From: Escherichia phage phAPEC8
Direction: 5' to 3' (one strand)
Length of the DNA stretch: 64,000 nucleotides
Sequence record: NC_020079.1
A program made the position numbers and the translations under genes. The notes under the pieces are model-generated. The model saw only the letters and a program-made list of their open reading frames with translations, was not told where the DNA came from and ran no database searches. This document shows, one piece after another, positions 28,222-37,131 of the stretch; the first letter of the stretch is position 1, and every line of letters starts with the position of its first letter.

Positions 28222-28494
28222 CTAACACATTGAGGAAGAAGAGATCCAAACACCTCTTGTGGTTAAACCATTTTCATCCAACTCTACACCATAATCTTCA
28301 CAAATGAAATCAATATAGTGATCTGCGGCTGGCGTTCCTGTAGGGTAATAAGTTTCTCCGTTACCGTAGTCACCTATCCAAGCTTGTTCCTGAAACTGTT
28401 CACAAAGTTCTTCAATTTCCTTACGAAACTTTCTTTGTGCTTGTTCCATCTCTTTAACTTTCTTTTTTATCAGCAGTTCGCCTTCAGACTCCAC
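28222..28494 (-). CDS. acidic small protein, paralog 1 (C-terminal W-x-SSS-C)
   Basis: ends GVWISSSSMC; highly acidic. Confidence 0.5.
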   Translation of the reverse strand: MESEGELLIKKKVKEMEQAQRKFRKEIEELCEQFQEQAWIGDYGNGETYYPTGTPAADHYIDFICEDYGVELDENGLTTRGVWISSSSMC

Positions 28495-28503
28495 AATCTC
28501 TCC

Positions 28504-28764
28504 TTAACAGCTACTACTGTGCCAAACGCCTTGAGAATTAACGACGAAACCATCATCACCTTCACCATAACAAGAAGAGGATTGCCAATCTTCAAAACAG
28601 ATTGCGTCATCTTCTAAACTAAGACCAAAACCAGCATCTTCAGCTTCTTTTGTAAGTTCGTCCACTAAAGCCATAATAGCTTGGGCTTTTTCAGTTAATT
28701 CTTCAACATTACGATAACTCATTAGTATTTCTCCTCTGGTTGGAAAACGGAACGACATGCCCAC
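28504..28764 (-). CDS. acidic small protein, paralog 2
   Basis: ends QGVWHSSSC. Confidence 0.5.
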   Translation of the reverse strand: MGMSFRFPTRGEILMSYRNVEELTEKAQAIMALVDELTKEAEDAGFGLSLEDDAICFEDWQSSSCYGEGDDGFVVNSQGVWHSSSC

Positions 28765-29030
28765 ATAGAAGCTTCTTTCAACTTAGTCTTTGCTATTGAA
28801 ATTTGGTCAAGGCGGGTGGATATATTGGTAGACTCTTCCAAATCTTCACAATCATCCAGTTCAGTCCACAATTCAGACATTAGAGCATCAAAGATTAAGC
28901 CTAATCGAACTTCAGCATCTTTAAGAGCATTCACTTTACCAATTTTGTCATCGGTATGCGGTTTATAACCTTTGATATCTTCGATTCCCACTTTACCTCC
29001 TATTAACAACTTAAAGAAGATGGATGCCAA
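28722..29030 (-). CDS. hypothetical protein
   Basis: ORF; overlaps neighbour, start uncertain. Confidence 0.35.
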   Translation of the reverse strand: MASIFFKLLIGGKVGIEDIKGYKPHTDDKIGKVNALKDAEVRLGLIFDALMSELWTELDDCEDLEESTNISTRLDQISIAKTKLKEASMWACRSVFQPEEKY

Positions 29031-29200
29031 TTTGTTCCAGTATTCTCATTTTCATCTTCTGGATCATAATAACCACCCATCCCATATTCAGGGGAGAAAC
29101 TGAAACCTTCACCAGTCTCGTCTGCTAACTGCTCTGCTTCCGCTAAAGCCTCATAAGCTGCTTTTACGGCTTCTTCTACTGTTTTAAACTTGGTCGTCAT
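29003..29200 (-). CDS. acidic small protein, paralog 3
   Basis: ends NWHPSSLSC. Confidence 0.5.
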   Translation of the reverse strand: MTTKFKTVEEAVKAAYEALAEAEQLADETGEGFSFSPEYGMGGYYDPEDENENTGTNWHPSSLSC

Positions 29201-29474
29201 AAAATTTCTCCTCTCCTAAAGACATGTTGACATGAAATGCGCGGTATGTAAATTCGTTGTCCGTTGTGTTAGAATAAAACTCAAATTGAACAACACCATC
29301 TTGAGAAGACAGATACATGCCAATTTGAACTGTTCCTTCTGGTACTAGGTAAGCATACTCTGGACGTAGTGTTACATTGTAAAAATAAAGTTCCCCAACA
29401 CCCATTTCATCCCAAGCTTCCCAAGCGGTAACGAAGTTACTTTCAAAACTTGTTACTGATCTGAACTCTGCCAT
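29184..29474 (-). CDS. hypothetical protein
   Basis: ORF tiling. Confidence 0.5.
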   Translation of the reverse strand: MAEFRSVTSFESNFVTAWEAWDEMGVGELYFYNVTLRPEYAYLVPEGTVQIGMYLSSQDGVVQFEFYSNTTDNEFTYRAFHVNMSLGEEKFYDDQV

Positions 29475-29965
29475 AAAACCTCCTCAATCTTGTAGTTTGA
29501 CTCCATCTCCAACACATTTCCACGAACGTCTCTCCGAAGAAAGGCATAAGCTTTATTAGGTATTGTAGACTCATATTTAACCATATCTGGCACAGCAAAA
29601 GATACTACTACTCCTGCTGGGCTTCTGTCAAGAGCCTTATTAATATTTCTAAGGATATCGTTAGCCAAGATTTCTGCCAATTCTCCAAGAACGGTTTCGG
29701 TTATATCTTTATATCCCATTAAGTATTTGTTGATATCTTTCATCTCTGTATTGTTCAGAGTATAATCCAAAGGATAGAAATTCAAAGCGGAGTCACTTTT
29801 ATGTGTCCACATGAAATGCACCCGATCCGAGCAGAATCGTAACCCTCTTTGAAGAATATCTTCTACAACAGGTAGAATTTCTTTTGTCACATCATTAACC
29901 ATGTTGTAATCTAAGATTTCTGCCAAGTTTGTTCTTTGTTCACCACGTTTACGTTTAGGAATCAC
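29453..29965 (-). CDS. hypothetical protein
   Basis: ORF tiling. Confidence 0.5.
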   Translation of the reverse strand: MIPKRKRGEQRTNLAEILDYNMVNDVTKEILPVVEDILQRGLRFCSDRVHFMWTHKSDSALNFYPLDYTLNNTEMKDINKYLMGYKDITETVLGELAEILANDILRNINKALDRSPAGVVVSFAVPDMVKYESTIPNKAYAFLRRDVRGNVLEMESNYKIEEVLWQSSDQ

Positions 29966-30560
29966 TTGTTATTGCCCTCATTACCAAAGGTCGTAGAAAA
30001 TCGTAAATCTCTTGTTTTGTTTTCCCACGAATATTTAAACAAGGAACATTATTGGCTTTAGCTATCTTCCAAGCCGTAGCTGTTCCACCTTTTGCATCTC
30101 CATGTTTATCAGTATTAGCACAAGCCAACAAGAAACATGATGGAGCAGGATTCTCCAAATCTCTACCTAACACTTGATGCACATTACGTTGGTGCAATTT
30201 TCTAGCACCCTGCTTAAGCTTTTCATAGGCTGGGTGAACATCTTTGATCCATTGCACAGAGATAGCATAGTTCATTGTATCTGGTTTTGCAAGAACAATA
30301 ACATCCCCTGGAATCTGATTACCTTTGAAATTTTCCCAAGGAACATAAATCTCCTTGTTAGTAGGATTTTCAGACTCTTGGACACCTGTTTCAAAAGCAG
30401 AATCACTACCCTCTGCCTTCCCAGACCTTAATTTAAACCCAAGGTTTGAAAGCCATTTCCCTATGCCTACCATCAAAGCCCACTCTTCTTCGGATATGTC
30501 TCTACTTCCAACTCCCGTATAGAACAGTTCTGCCATAATCACCTCAACAAGTAATTTCAA
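29955..30560 (-). CDS. DprA/Smf-like (SLOG-superfamily) Rossmann-fold protein
   Basis: YTGVGSR ... SGKAEGSDSAFETG pattern. Confidence 0.45.
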   Translation of the reverse strand: MKLLVEVIMAELFYTGVGSRDISEEEWALMVGIGKWLSNLGFKLRSGKAEGSDSAFETGVQESENPTNKEIYVPWENFKGNQIPGDVIVLAKPDTMNYAISVQWIKDVHPAYEKLKQGARKLHQRNVHQVLGRDLENPAPSCFLLACANTDKHGDAKGGTATAWKIAKANNVPCLNIRGKTKQEIYDFLRPLVMRAITSDS

Positions 30561-30852
30561 AAGGTGTATACGGTTCCGTATTTCTCATGATCCAAGGACT
30601 GCTAGGATTGCTCGGATCATAAGGACCAAAAGGTTTTATGGTCGGTTGTGTTTCTTTCTTCTGAATCTCTTCAAAAATACGACGAAGTTCAGAATATTCT
30701 TGATCCACCATAAGATTCGGTGCATCTGATTCTACAGCTTGCAGGTTATCTTCCTTAAGAACAATCTCACGAACAAGATTAACATCTTCTGTTTCTAAGA
30801 TAACTTCTTTACGGATATTACCTACACTTTGAATAATTGTAATCTTATACAT
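30544..30852 (-). CDS. hypothetical protein
   Basis: ORF tiling. Confidence 0.5.
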   Translation of the reverse strand: MYKITIIQSVGNIRKEVILETEDVNLVREIVLKEDNLQAVESDAPNLMVDQEYSELRRIFEEIQKKETQPTIKPFGPYDPSNPSSPWIMRNTEPYTPFEITC

Positions 30853-31595
30853 TAATCCTCCTCAAGAGTTGAATAAAATTGAAGACCACCGTCCATATCG
30901 AAATAAGCAAATGTTAAGTTATTATTGAACACAGATCCAGTATCCATATAAACACGATTCGCATTGATAATAGGTGTTTTTACATAAGAGTGTCCATGAA
31001 ACACATAATCCACACCCATCACAACAGGAAGTTTCATTCCCTCTTTAGCACAGTCTACCATATCTCTGTCCCACATAAGTGCTTCAGCAAAACGGTTTTC
31101 CTGTGTTTTTGTCATCTTCGAAATGTATTCTGGGATATCTGTTACAGGGAGATATTCCAAAGAAGATGGATACCCACCATGAATAAACGCAAGTTTCATG
31201 CCTCTGTAGTTAACAATGAGAACAACAGGTAAATCTTCTGTCATCATTGCTAAGGCTGTAGCTCCTTCTTCACCACATTCTTCAAAGACCGTATATCCTC
31301 CATTTTGATACCAACACTCGTAGTAGCTACGATCTCCTTCCAGCATACCTTTAATCATCATGTCTTCATGATTGCCACGAATAGCGTAGCGATTGTGTTT
31401 ACGAGTAAATTCTAAAACACAACGAAAGTTTTGCTTTCCACGGTCAGTAAGATCTCCTAGAGATACAACCACATCTGTATCTCGGATACCTAACTTTGCC
31501 TTTCCTTTTTCATACAAATTATAACAACCGTGTAGATCTCCAATTATAAAAAGATCTTGATCGCTTTTAACAGTAATTTCTCTGTGTATGATCAC
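30852..31595 (-). CDS. Ser/Thr protein phosphatase (lambda PPase-like metallophosphatase)
   Basis: GDLHGCY, GDLTDRG, GNHEDMM, VFHGHS. Confidence 0.9.
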   Translation of the reverse strand: MIIHREITVKSDQDLFIIGDLHGCYNLYEKGKAKLGIRDTDVVVSLGDLTDRGKQNFRCVLEFTRKHNRYAIRGNHEDMMIKGMLEGDRSYYECWYQNGGYTVFEECGEEGATALAMMTEDLPVVLIVNYRGMKLAFIHGGYPSSLEYLPVTDIPEYISKMTKTQENRFAEALMWDRDMVDCAKEGMKLPVVMGVDYVFHGHSYVKTPIINANRVYMDTGSVFNNNLTFAYFDMDGGLQFYSTLEED

Positions 31596-31921
31596 TTATC
31601 CTCCTCAAAATCTAAGAAAATAAAAATATTCACCTTTCCTTCAATCTCTTGTTCTAAAACAAGATCGGCAAATTCTGCATAAGCTTTCTCTTCAACTTTT
31701 TCAATATGTTCTGCGGCATCTTTAAAAGGCGTATCCCCATCCACCTTTACTAATAAGAAAAGAGATCGCATTTCGACGTTTTTACTGTTACGAGGAAGGA
31801 AATCTACAGCTTCAACAATTCTCCAACCCAAATAGCCAGGGGTTTTATGAATCTCCCCTAAATACTTTTCTAAGATTTTACGACCCTCGTCGATAAGGGC
31901 TTGTTCTGTAGTAATTTCCAT
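31592..31921 (-). CDS. hypothetical protein
   Basis: ORF, ATGA overlap. Confidence 0.5.
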   Translation of the reverse strand: MEITTEQALIDEGRKILEKYLGEIHKTPGYLGWRIVEAVDFLPRNSKNVEMRSLFLLVKVDGDTPFKDAAEHIEKVEEKAYAEFADLVLEQEIEGKVNIFIFLDFEEDK

Positions 31922-31931
31922 TCCTTCCTCC

Positions 31932-32522
31932 TCAAATTATTAACGAAACCGCATGACTAAATCTTGGTTCAGATATAACCTCTGCTACAGTCACATATGT
32001 ATCGTGCAGCCAAAAAGATTCTACTCTACAAACACAAATACCGTTGATAATGAAATCTACACAGGCTTTATTATTTTCGCACACTTGTTGACTATAAACA
32101 ACCCCTAAAGAGTCATAAAGTGATCTCACTGTTGCTACCATTTCATCTGTTTCGTCTTCCTGTGAAACAAAGAAAACGAATACAGACAAGTTATTAGCGA
32201 AAGTATTGCTATTCTCTACTTCAACCGACTTACAAGGTAAAAAGGAGTAATATTTACCGTTAGGTATCAATTTCGCCTCAACCTGGTTAAGTATGCTTTG
32301 AGATGGTTTTGTTACATAAAAAAGATTTTCTGTTGGGTTTTCAACATTACTCCTTACTATGCAACGAGTGGGGTTCGAAGGATCAAAAACATGATCGAAA
32401 TCGACACACACAGGTAAGTTAACAACTTTAAACTTTTTGCTAAGAATGCTTACTGCTGTAAAAATCAAACCAGCATTTATTTTGCCAGTGAAAGTTGAAC
32501 GCATAACTACTCCTCGGATCAT
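31932..32522 (-). CDS. hypothetical protein
   Basis: ORF tiling. Confidence 0.5.
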   Translation of the reverse strand: MIRGVVMRSTFTGKINAGLIFTAVSILSKKFKVVNLPVCVDFDHVFDPSNPTRCIVRSNVENPTENLFYVTKPSQSILNQVEAKLIPNGKYYSFLPCKSVEVENSNTFANNLSVFVFFVSQEDETDEMVATVRSLYDSLGVVYSQQVCENNKACVDFIINGICVCRVESFWLHDTYVTVAEVISEPRFSHAVSLII

Positions 32523-32713
32523 TCTACCAAAGAGAATTCCGCCTCTTCCAGGTAGATTACAGACCTTGTTGCATGATATTTAACGCTCCAGAAATTACCT
32601 TCGCGCCGTAAAAGTATCTCATTCACATCAAGATTGCTTAGAAAAACCATATAACTTAAAGCTTGTTGACGCGTTGAGAATTGTTTCTCTAAAAGTTCTT
32701 CTCCGCTCTGCAT
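32519..32713 (-). CDS. hypothetical small protein
   Basis: ORF tiling. Confidence 0.45.
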   Translation of the reverse strand: MQSGEELLEKQFSTRQQALSYMVFLSNLDVNEILLRREGNFWSVKYHATRSVIYLEEAEFSLVE

Positions 32714-32758
32714 AATCCCTCCTTAAAATACTCCCTCCGAAAAGGGAGTATAAGTATA

Positions 32759-32962
32759 TCACGTAGTTGTTATGTTGTCTTCTTGGATTCTAGAATCCAC
32801 TTCTGCAAACATATCTTCTGCACTGTAATTATTTCCAGTCCAGCGTGATAAAAGGATAGCACCAATCTCTTTTGCATGAGATTCGGACTCCGCATAAACG
32901 TTAGTCCCAGTGTCACCTTTTTTCTTTTCATGTGCATAAATGCAGTAATAATTGTAAGCCAT
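32759..32962 (-). CDS. hypothetical small protein
   Basis: ORF tiling. Confidence 0.45.
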   Translation of the reverse strand: MAYNYYCIYAHEKKKGDTGTNVYAESESHAKEIGAILLSRWTGNNYSAEDMFAEVDSRIQEDNITTT

Positions 32963-33198
32963 TAATCTTCCCAGTCATTGCCCTCGGTAGAGTGAACTAA
33001 AGCTCGCACGATACCACCGTAATCTACTGCCTGATTTGCAGCATGTTCGGCATAAACTTCAATGGCTTTTTTGAAGAAAAGAGCAGTAGCTGCTTCAATA
33101 TTATCCATTTCGCCATCTACGTCAGTAGAAAGTGAAAGGTTGAGGCTTTCATCTACTTCATCAAAATCAATAGCCACTGTCATAATTAGTTTACCCAT
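32962..33198 (-). CDS. hypothetical small acidic protein
   Basis: ORF tiling. Confidence 0.45.
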   Translation of the reverse strand: MGKLIMTVAIDFDEVDESLNLSLSTDVDGEMDNIEAATALFFKKAIEVYAEHAANQAVDYGGIVRALVHSTEGNDWED

Positions 33199-33210
33199 AG
33201 TTCACACTCC

Positions 33211-33720
33211 TTAAACAAAATAAAATGGTTGAGAGAGGCCCAAACGATTCTTTGGGTCGTATACATACCAAGCGTATGCTGTCTTATCTGTTCCACCTGC
33301 AACAAACGAAGGCCGTTCTGAAAGGACTATAAGGTTTGTTGGTGGATTCTTTTGATGGAACTCTCGTCGTTTCTTTGACTCCAAGAAGCCCAACCGAAGA
33401 AGATAAATACAAACATCCGCCTCTTTTAAGCTCTTTTCCAAGAACTCCATTGCTAACTTAAATGGAGGATTTGTGATTATAATATCGGGACGATTTTCCC
33501 ATTTATGACTAAAATAATCTTTACCTTCTTCAAGTTCGCAATATTCTGAACCTTCAGGAAAATGGCGATAAATCGCTTCAGCTTCACCTCTACAAGGTTC
33601 TGCAAAAACCCAACCTTCTTCCTTTAGATTTTTGAAATCTATAACACTAAACAAACTATTGATTGCTTTTTGCGGTGTCGGATAATAATCGCTCGTTGGG
33701 CGATCATAATCTAATGCCAT
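33211..33720 (-). CDS. DNA N6-adenine methyltransferase-like protein
   Basis: DIIITNPPF motif IV; EPCRGEA motif I-like. Confidence 0.6.
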   Translation of the reverse strand: MALDYDRPTSDYYPTPQKAINSLFSVIDFKNLKEEGWVFAEPCRGEAEAIYRHFPEGSEYCELEEGKDYFSHKWENRPDIIITNPPFKLAMEFLEKSLKEADVCIYLLRLGFLESKKRREFHQKNPPTNLIVLSERPSFVAGGTDKTAYAWYVYDPKNRLGLSQPFYFV

Positions 33721-34138
33721 CTAAAATCTCCTCTTTTGTAATATTATCCAACTCTTTAAAGGATGAAATCTCGTTTAATAATCCTATTTGATCAGCTTCT
33801 AGAGGATAAGTGTTTTTATCTGTTTTTCTAGACAGGATATCTTCAACAAACTTATCAATAGCCAAAGAAGAATCATAAAATTTTAAAAGTTGGTAATCCA
33901 TAGGAGATATTTTGTCATCTCTTAGAAATATTTCTAACATGTTTTCAGGAGTATCGTGGTTTAGTTTATGTTCACCAAAAATATTAACTTCGTAAACATC
34001 TTTGCCAAACCAACGTTTCTTCTTTTCAACAGTATAGGTTTTTGCCACCAGACCATCTAAACAGTTTCTTGCCCTCTTACATGTTTGACGGTAAGAGTGG
34101 ATAGCGCCTTCAACAAACTTAGCAGGAACTTGTAACAT
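33704..34138 (-). CDS. hypothetical protein
   Basis: ORF; cUUCGg terminator downstream. Confidence 0.5.
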   Translation of the reverse strand: MLQVPAKFVEGAIHSYRQTCKRARNCLDGLVAKTYTVEKKKRWFGKDVYEVNIFGEHKLNHDTPENMLEIFLRDDKISPMDYQLLKFYDSSLAIDKFVEDILSRKTDKNTYPLEADQIGLLNEISSFKELDNITKEEILDGIRL

Positions 34139-34183
34139 TATTAATCTCCTATGTTTAAGAAATGCCCCCGAAGGGGCAGTTTG

Positions 34184-34876
34184 TTAAATAGCGGTTCCTT
34201 CGAAATCCGCCACATTTACGAGATTAATATTTTCAGATTTAGAAGTCAAGTTGTTTTCTGCAACAGATTTTTCTTCAGTATCCGCCTCGTTACCTGCCAC
34301 GTTACGAGGTTCTTCTTCACCGTAGGGATTACCGAATTTCAAAAGATTGATCAATTCTTCTTTGGAGAAGTTTTCTAAATCATCGTCTGTTAATTCAATA
34401 ATCTCGTCTTGTTCTTCAATAAATGTTTCACCACCAGAAAAAGCATCTCGCTTTTTAGCTACTTCCATAGCCTGTTCTGGTGTTGCCCCTGCATCAAGAG
34501 CAGCTAAAGCAAAGTCTGACCCACTTCCTACCGCATAATATTCTTCATCAATCGGATATGCACGTGTTGGGTTGTTACCTTCGTGCAGGAAAATACGTCC
34601 GTCTGGATGAACAACAAGTGCAATAAACTCTTCATCTTCTTTATCTGGATCAGAGTGAATCATCAAACCAGGGACAGCATCACGTGCTGCTTCGCACTGT
34701 AGATTTTGTTCAAACCATTGAAAGAAAGAAAGCACGGAGGTCAGACGACCAGCACCACCTACAAGGTAATCTCCAATTTTTCGGACCTTTTTGAAATTAA
34801 TAGAATCTACACGTCCACCAAAAGTTACCTTACCGTCACTCAAAATCTTATTTTTGGTTGCAATAATTGTCGTCAC
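34184..34876 (-). CDS. HslV-like N-terminal-threonine peptidase with acidic C-terminal extension
   Basis: MTTIIATKN..DGKVTFGG..KKVRK..YAVGSGSDFALAA parallels E. coli HslV; SD GAGGAGG. Confidence 0.65.
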   Translation of the reverse strand: MTTIIATKNKILSDGKVTFGGRVDSINFKKVRKIGDYLVGGAGRLTSVLSFFQWFEQNLQCEAARDAVPGLMIHSDPDKEDEEFIALVVHPDGRIFLHEGNNPTRAYPIDEEYYAVGSGSDFALAALDAGATPEQAMEVAKKRDAFSGGETFIEEQDEIIELTDDDLENFSKEELINLLKFGNPYGEEEPRNVAGNEADTEEKSVAENNLTSKSENINLVNVADFEGTAI

Positions 34877-35379
34877 TATTCTTCCTCCTCTGTTAATGTT
34901 TTAAGAACCGCTTTCCCGCCATTCACATATTTGCAGATGTATTCTATCGCACGTAGTGTCTCTTTGTCAACAAAAATTTGATCAGACGTTGCGAGCGGGT
35001 TATTAAGAAGATCACTGCAATCACGAACAAGCAGTGCTTTCTTATTAAACAAATTACTTAAGAACAGTAACTTCGCCTCTTCTTCTGTTATGTGCAGAAG
35101 GCTAGGATCGGAGCCAGCTATTCCTATTATACAATCAAACAAGCTTTCTTTACTATCAGAAAGTTCTTGAAAATGGTTTAAAAGCCAATCTTCTCCTAGA
35201 CACCAACATTTAAACATTTCCAGTTTATCTCGGAGGGTCATATTCTCTAAAGTAAGAGCAATCTCTTTTTCAATATGGTTTACACAAATTTGACGAAATT
35301 CGTTAGGTTTTACGAGTCCCGTTTGATAGCACTCATCTATACCGCTTCTTCCGATAGCTATTGTTGCTACACCCATCAA
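34876..35379 (-). CDS. hypothetical protein
   Basis: ORF tiling. Confidence 0.5.
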   Translation of the reverse strand: MMGVATIAIGRSGIDECYQTGLVKPNEFRQICVNHIEKEIALTLENMTLRDKLEMFKCWCLGEDWLLNHFQELSDSKESLFDCIIGIAGSDPSLLHITEEEAKLLFLSNLFNKKALLVRDCSDLLNNPLATSDQIFVDKETLRAIEYICKYVNGGKAVLKTLTEEEE

Positions 35380-35411
35380 TCCTCCTTATAAATGGCTTCC
35401 CTGCCATGTTA

Positions 35412-36170
35412 TTAAATAAACACTTCAGTAATCAGTTTAGACAAACGTCCACGTTTATTATCGTCCGTTGTCAGTTCAACGTATCCAATAAAATCTACAA
35501 TTGGCTCACGAACACCTTCTTCATTTTCTGGATATAAAAGTTCCAAAATTTGATGCAGACCATTGCTACGTTTTTTAATTGCATATGTCTGGCGAACATC
35601 GCCTAATACAATAACATGCGTATTAATACCTGCACGTTCAATAAGAAGTTTAAGTGTTTCTGTTGACATAAGTTGTGCTTCGTCAATAATGACGATTGTA
35701 TTATCCAGGGTGGCCCCCAACAAATAGTTAGGAATATTCAATTCGATCTTACCTGATCCAATATCGTTTTCCAATTTGTTGGCTGTCATGAATTGCTGGA
35801 AAATACGTTTTGTAGATTCATAGTGTGCTGCTAGTTTATCTGTTTTATCCCCAGACAAGAAACCAATCTGGTCATCTCCTACTTCAGTAGGGTTCTTGAT
35901 AAAAAGTAGTTTACGGAAGTCTCCTGAACGAAGCATCTGCAAAGCTTTCCATAAAGCAACAGAGGTTTTACCAGTCCCTGCCGGAGCATTTACAACAGTC
36001 AGATCATTCCAGATCATGCTTTGAACAATCTTATTTTGGTCCCCTTCAGGCATAAATTCATCTAAACGGTAATCGTCATTACCTACCGCTTTTGCTGCAT
36101 AACGGCTTTCAATCTTTGCTGAATTAGCCAATTTCTGCCGTTGTGTTTTAGCTGCGGTTTTATTTCCCAT
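35412..36170 (-). CDS. phoH: PhoH-like ATPase
   Basis: Walker A NAPAGTGKTS, Walker B VIIDEAQ; start moved to MGNK after terminator hairpin and SD. Confidence 0.85.
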   Translation of the reverse strand: MGNKTAAKTQRQKLANSAKIESRYAAKAVGNDDYRLDEFMPEGDQNKIVQSMIWNDLTVVNAPAGTGKTSVALWKALQMLRSGDFRKLLFIKNPTEVGDDQIGFLSGDKTDKLAAHYESTKRIFQQFMTANKLENDIGSGKIELNIPNYLLGATLDNTIVIIDEAQLMSTETLKLLIERAGINTHVIVLGDVRQTYAIKKRSNGLHQILELLYPENEEGVREPIVDFIGYVELTTDDNKRGRLSKLITEVFI

Positions 36171-36207
36171 AGTAGCACTCCTTTTAGAAGGGGCCGAAGC
36201 CCCTTTA

Positions 36208-36708
36208 TTAGTTGTAAGCATCTAAAGTTCCAGAAGTCAGAACTTTAATTACTCGTTCAGCACGGTTTGGCGTCTGGCTATACCATTGGCTTTTACGCAT
36301 GTTTTTACCTGCTTGAGTATAATATGCATTGCTGATTAAAGTCAAGCTATTTTGAAACCCTTCAGCACCTTTTAACCCCAACTGGAAAACCATGTTGATT
36401 ATTCCCAATTTACGAGTATCACTAACCTTATCATAGATTGGTGATAAGATAGCACTGTTTTTTATGTCTCTCTTCACTTTTGCAACATCGTCAGCAAAGA
36501 TTTGACGGGCTTCTTTTTCTGTGATAACTCCATTAGTCTTACGACCAAGAAGATTATCTAAGATTTGAATAGCCTTTGCTTTATCTTTTATTTTAGTCAG
36601 AAGGTGTCCTATGCCGACTGTCCAATAACCAAGATGGTCTTGATAAACAGTAAGCTTCAGTCCTTCATCGACTCGTAGCATATCAAACTCATCTACTACT
36701 TTAGCCAT
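36208..36708 (-). CDS. T4-type lysozyme (GH24 endolysin)
   Basis: RVDEGLKLTVYQDHLGYWTVGIGHLLTK, INMVFQLG, WYSQTPNRAERV collinear with T4 lysozyme. Confidence 0.95.
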   Translation of the reverse strand: MAKVVDEFDMLRVDEGLKLTVYQDHLGYWTVGIGHLLTKIKDKAKAIQILDNLLGRKTNGVITEKEARQIFADDVAKVKRDIKNSAILSPIYDKVSDTRKLGIINMVFQLGLKGAEGFQNSLTLISNAYYTQAGKNMRKSQWYSQTPNRAERVIKVLTSGTLDAYN

Positions 36709-36870
36709 TTACTTCCTATTCGTCGTCTCCTACTCCGTGATCCAACTCGTTAAACAACAGATGTTCTGGAGAAGTTTCACGTTTTGGTTTCGTTTTCTTT
36801 ATGTTGGACTTCAGCTCATTTGCCAAAGCACGAGAAAAGATCTTACGTTTCTGTTTACTTTTCATAATTG

Positions 36871-37131
36871 TTACTCCGCAATTTGAGCCATGAGATCACG
36901 CAGTTCGGTAAAACCGCCTACGTATGTTACCTCCCCGTTCACTTCAGACAGAATTTGTGGAAATGTGCGTGGAGGAACTCCGGTAAGATCAACAACTGTT
37001 TTAGTCATTGATTCTAAATCATAGTCTTGATCAAGACTTAAATATTCAAACTGTTTATTGCGCATGGTTAATAGTTGTTTTGACATTTCACAAAATTGAC
37101 AGTTAGGTTTACCAAAAATTACAAATTCCAT
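36871..37131 (-). CDS. glutaredoxin/NrdH-like redoxin
   Basis: 86 aa, N-terminal CQFC active-site motif. Confidence 0.6.
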   Translation of the reverse strand: MEFVIFGKPNCQFCEMSKQLLTMRNKQFEYLSLDQDYDLESMTKTVVDLTGVPPRTFPQILSEVNGEVTYVGGFTELRDLMAQIAE

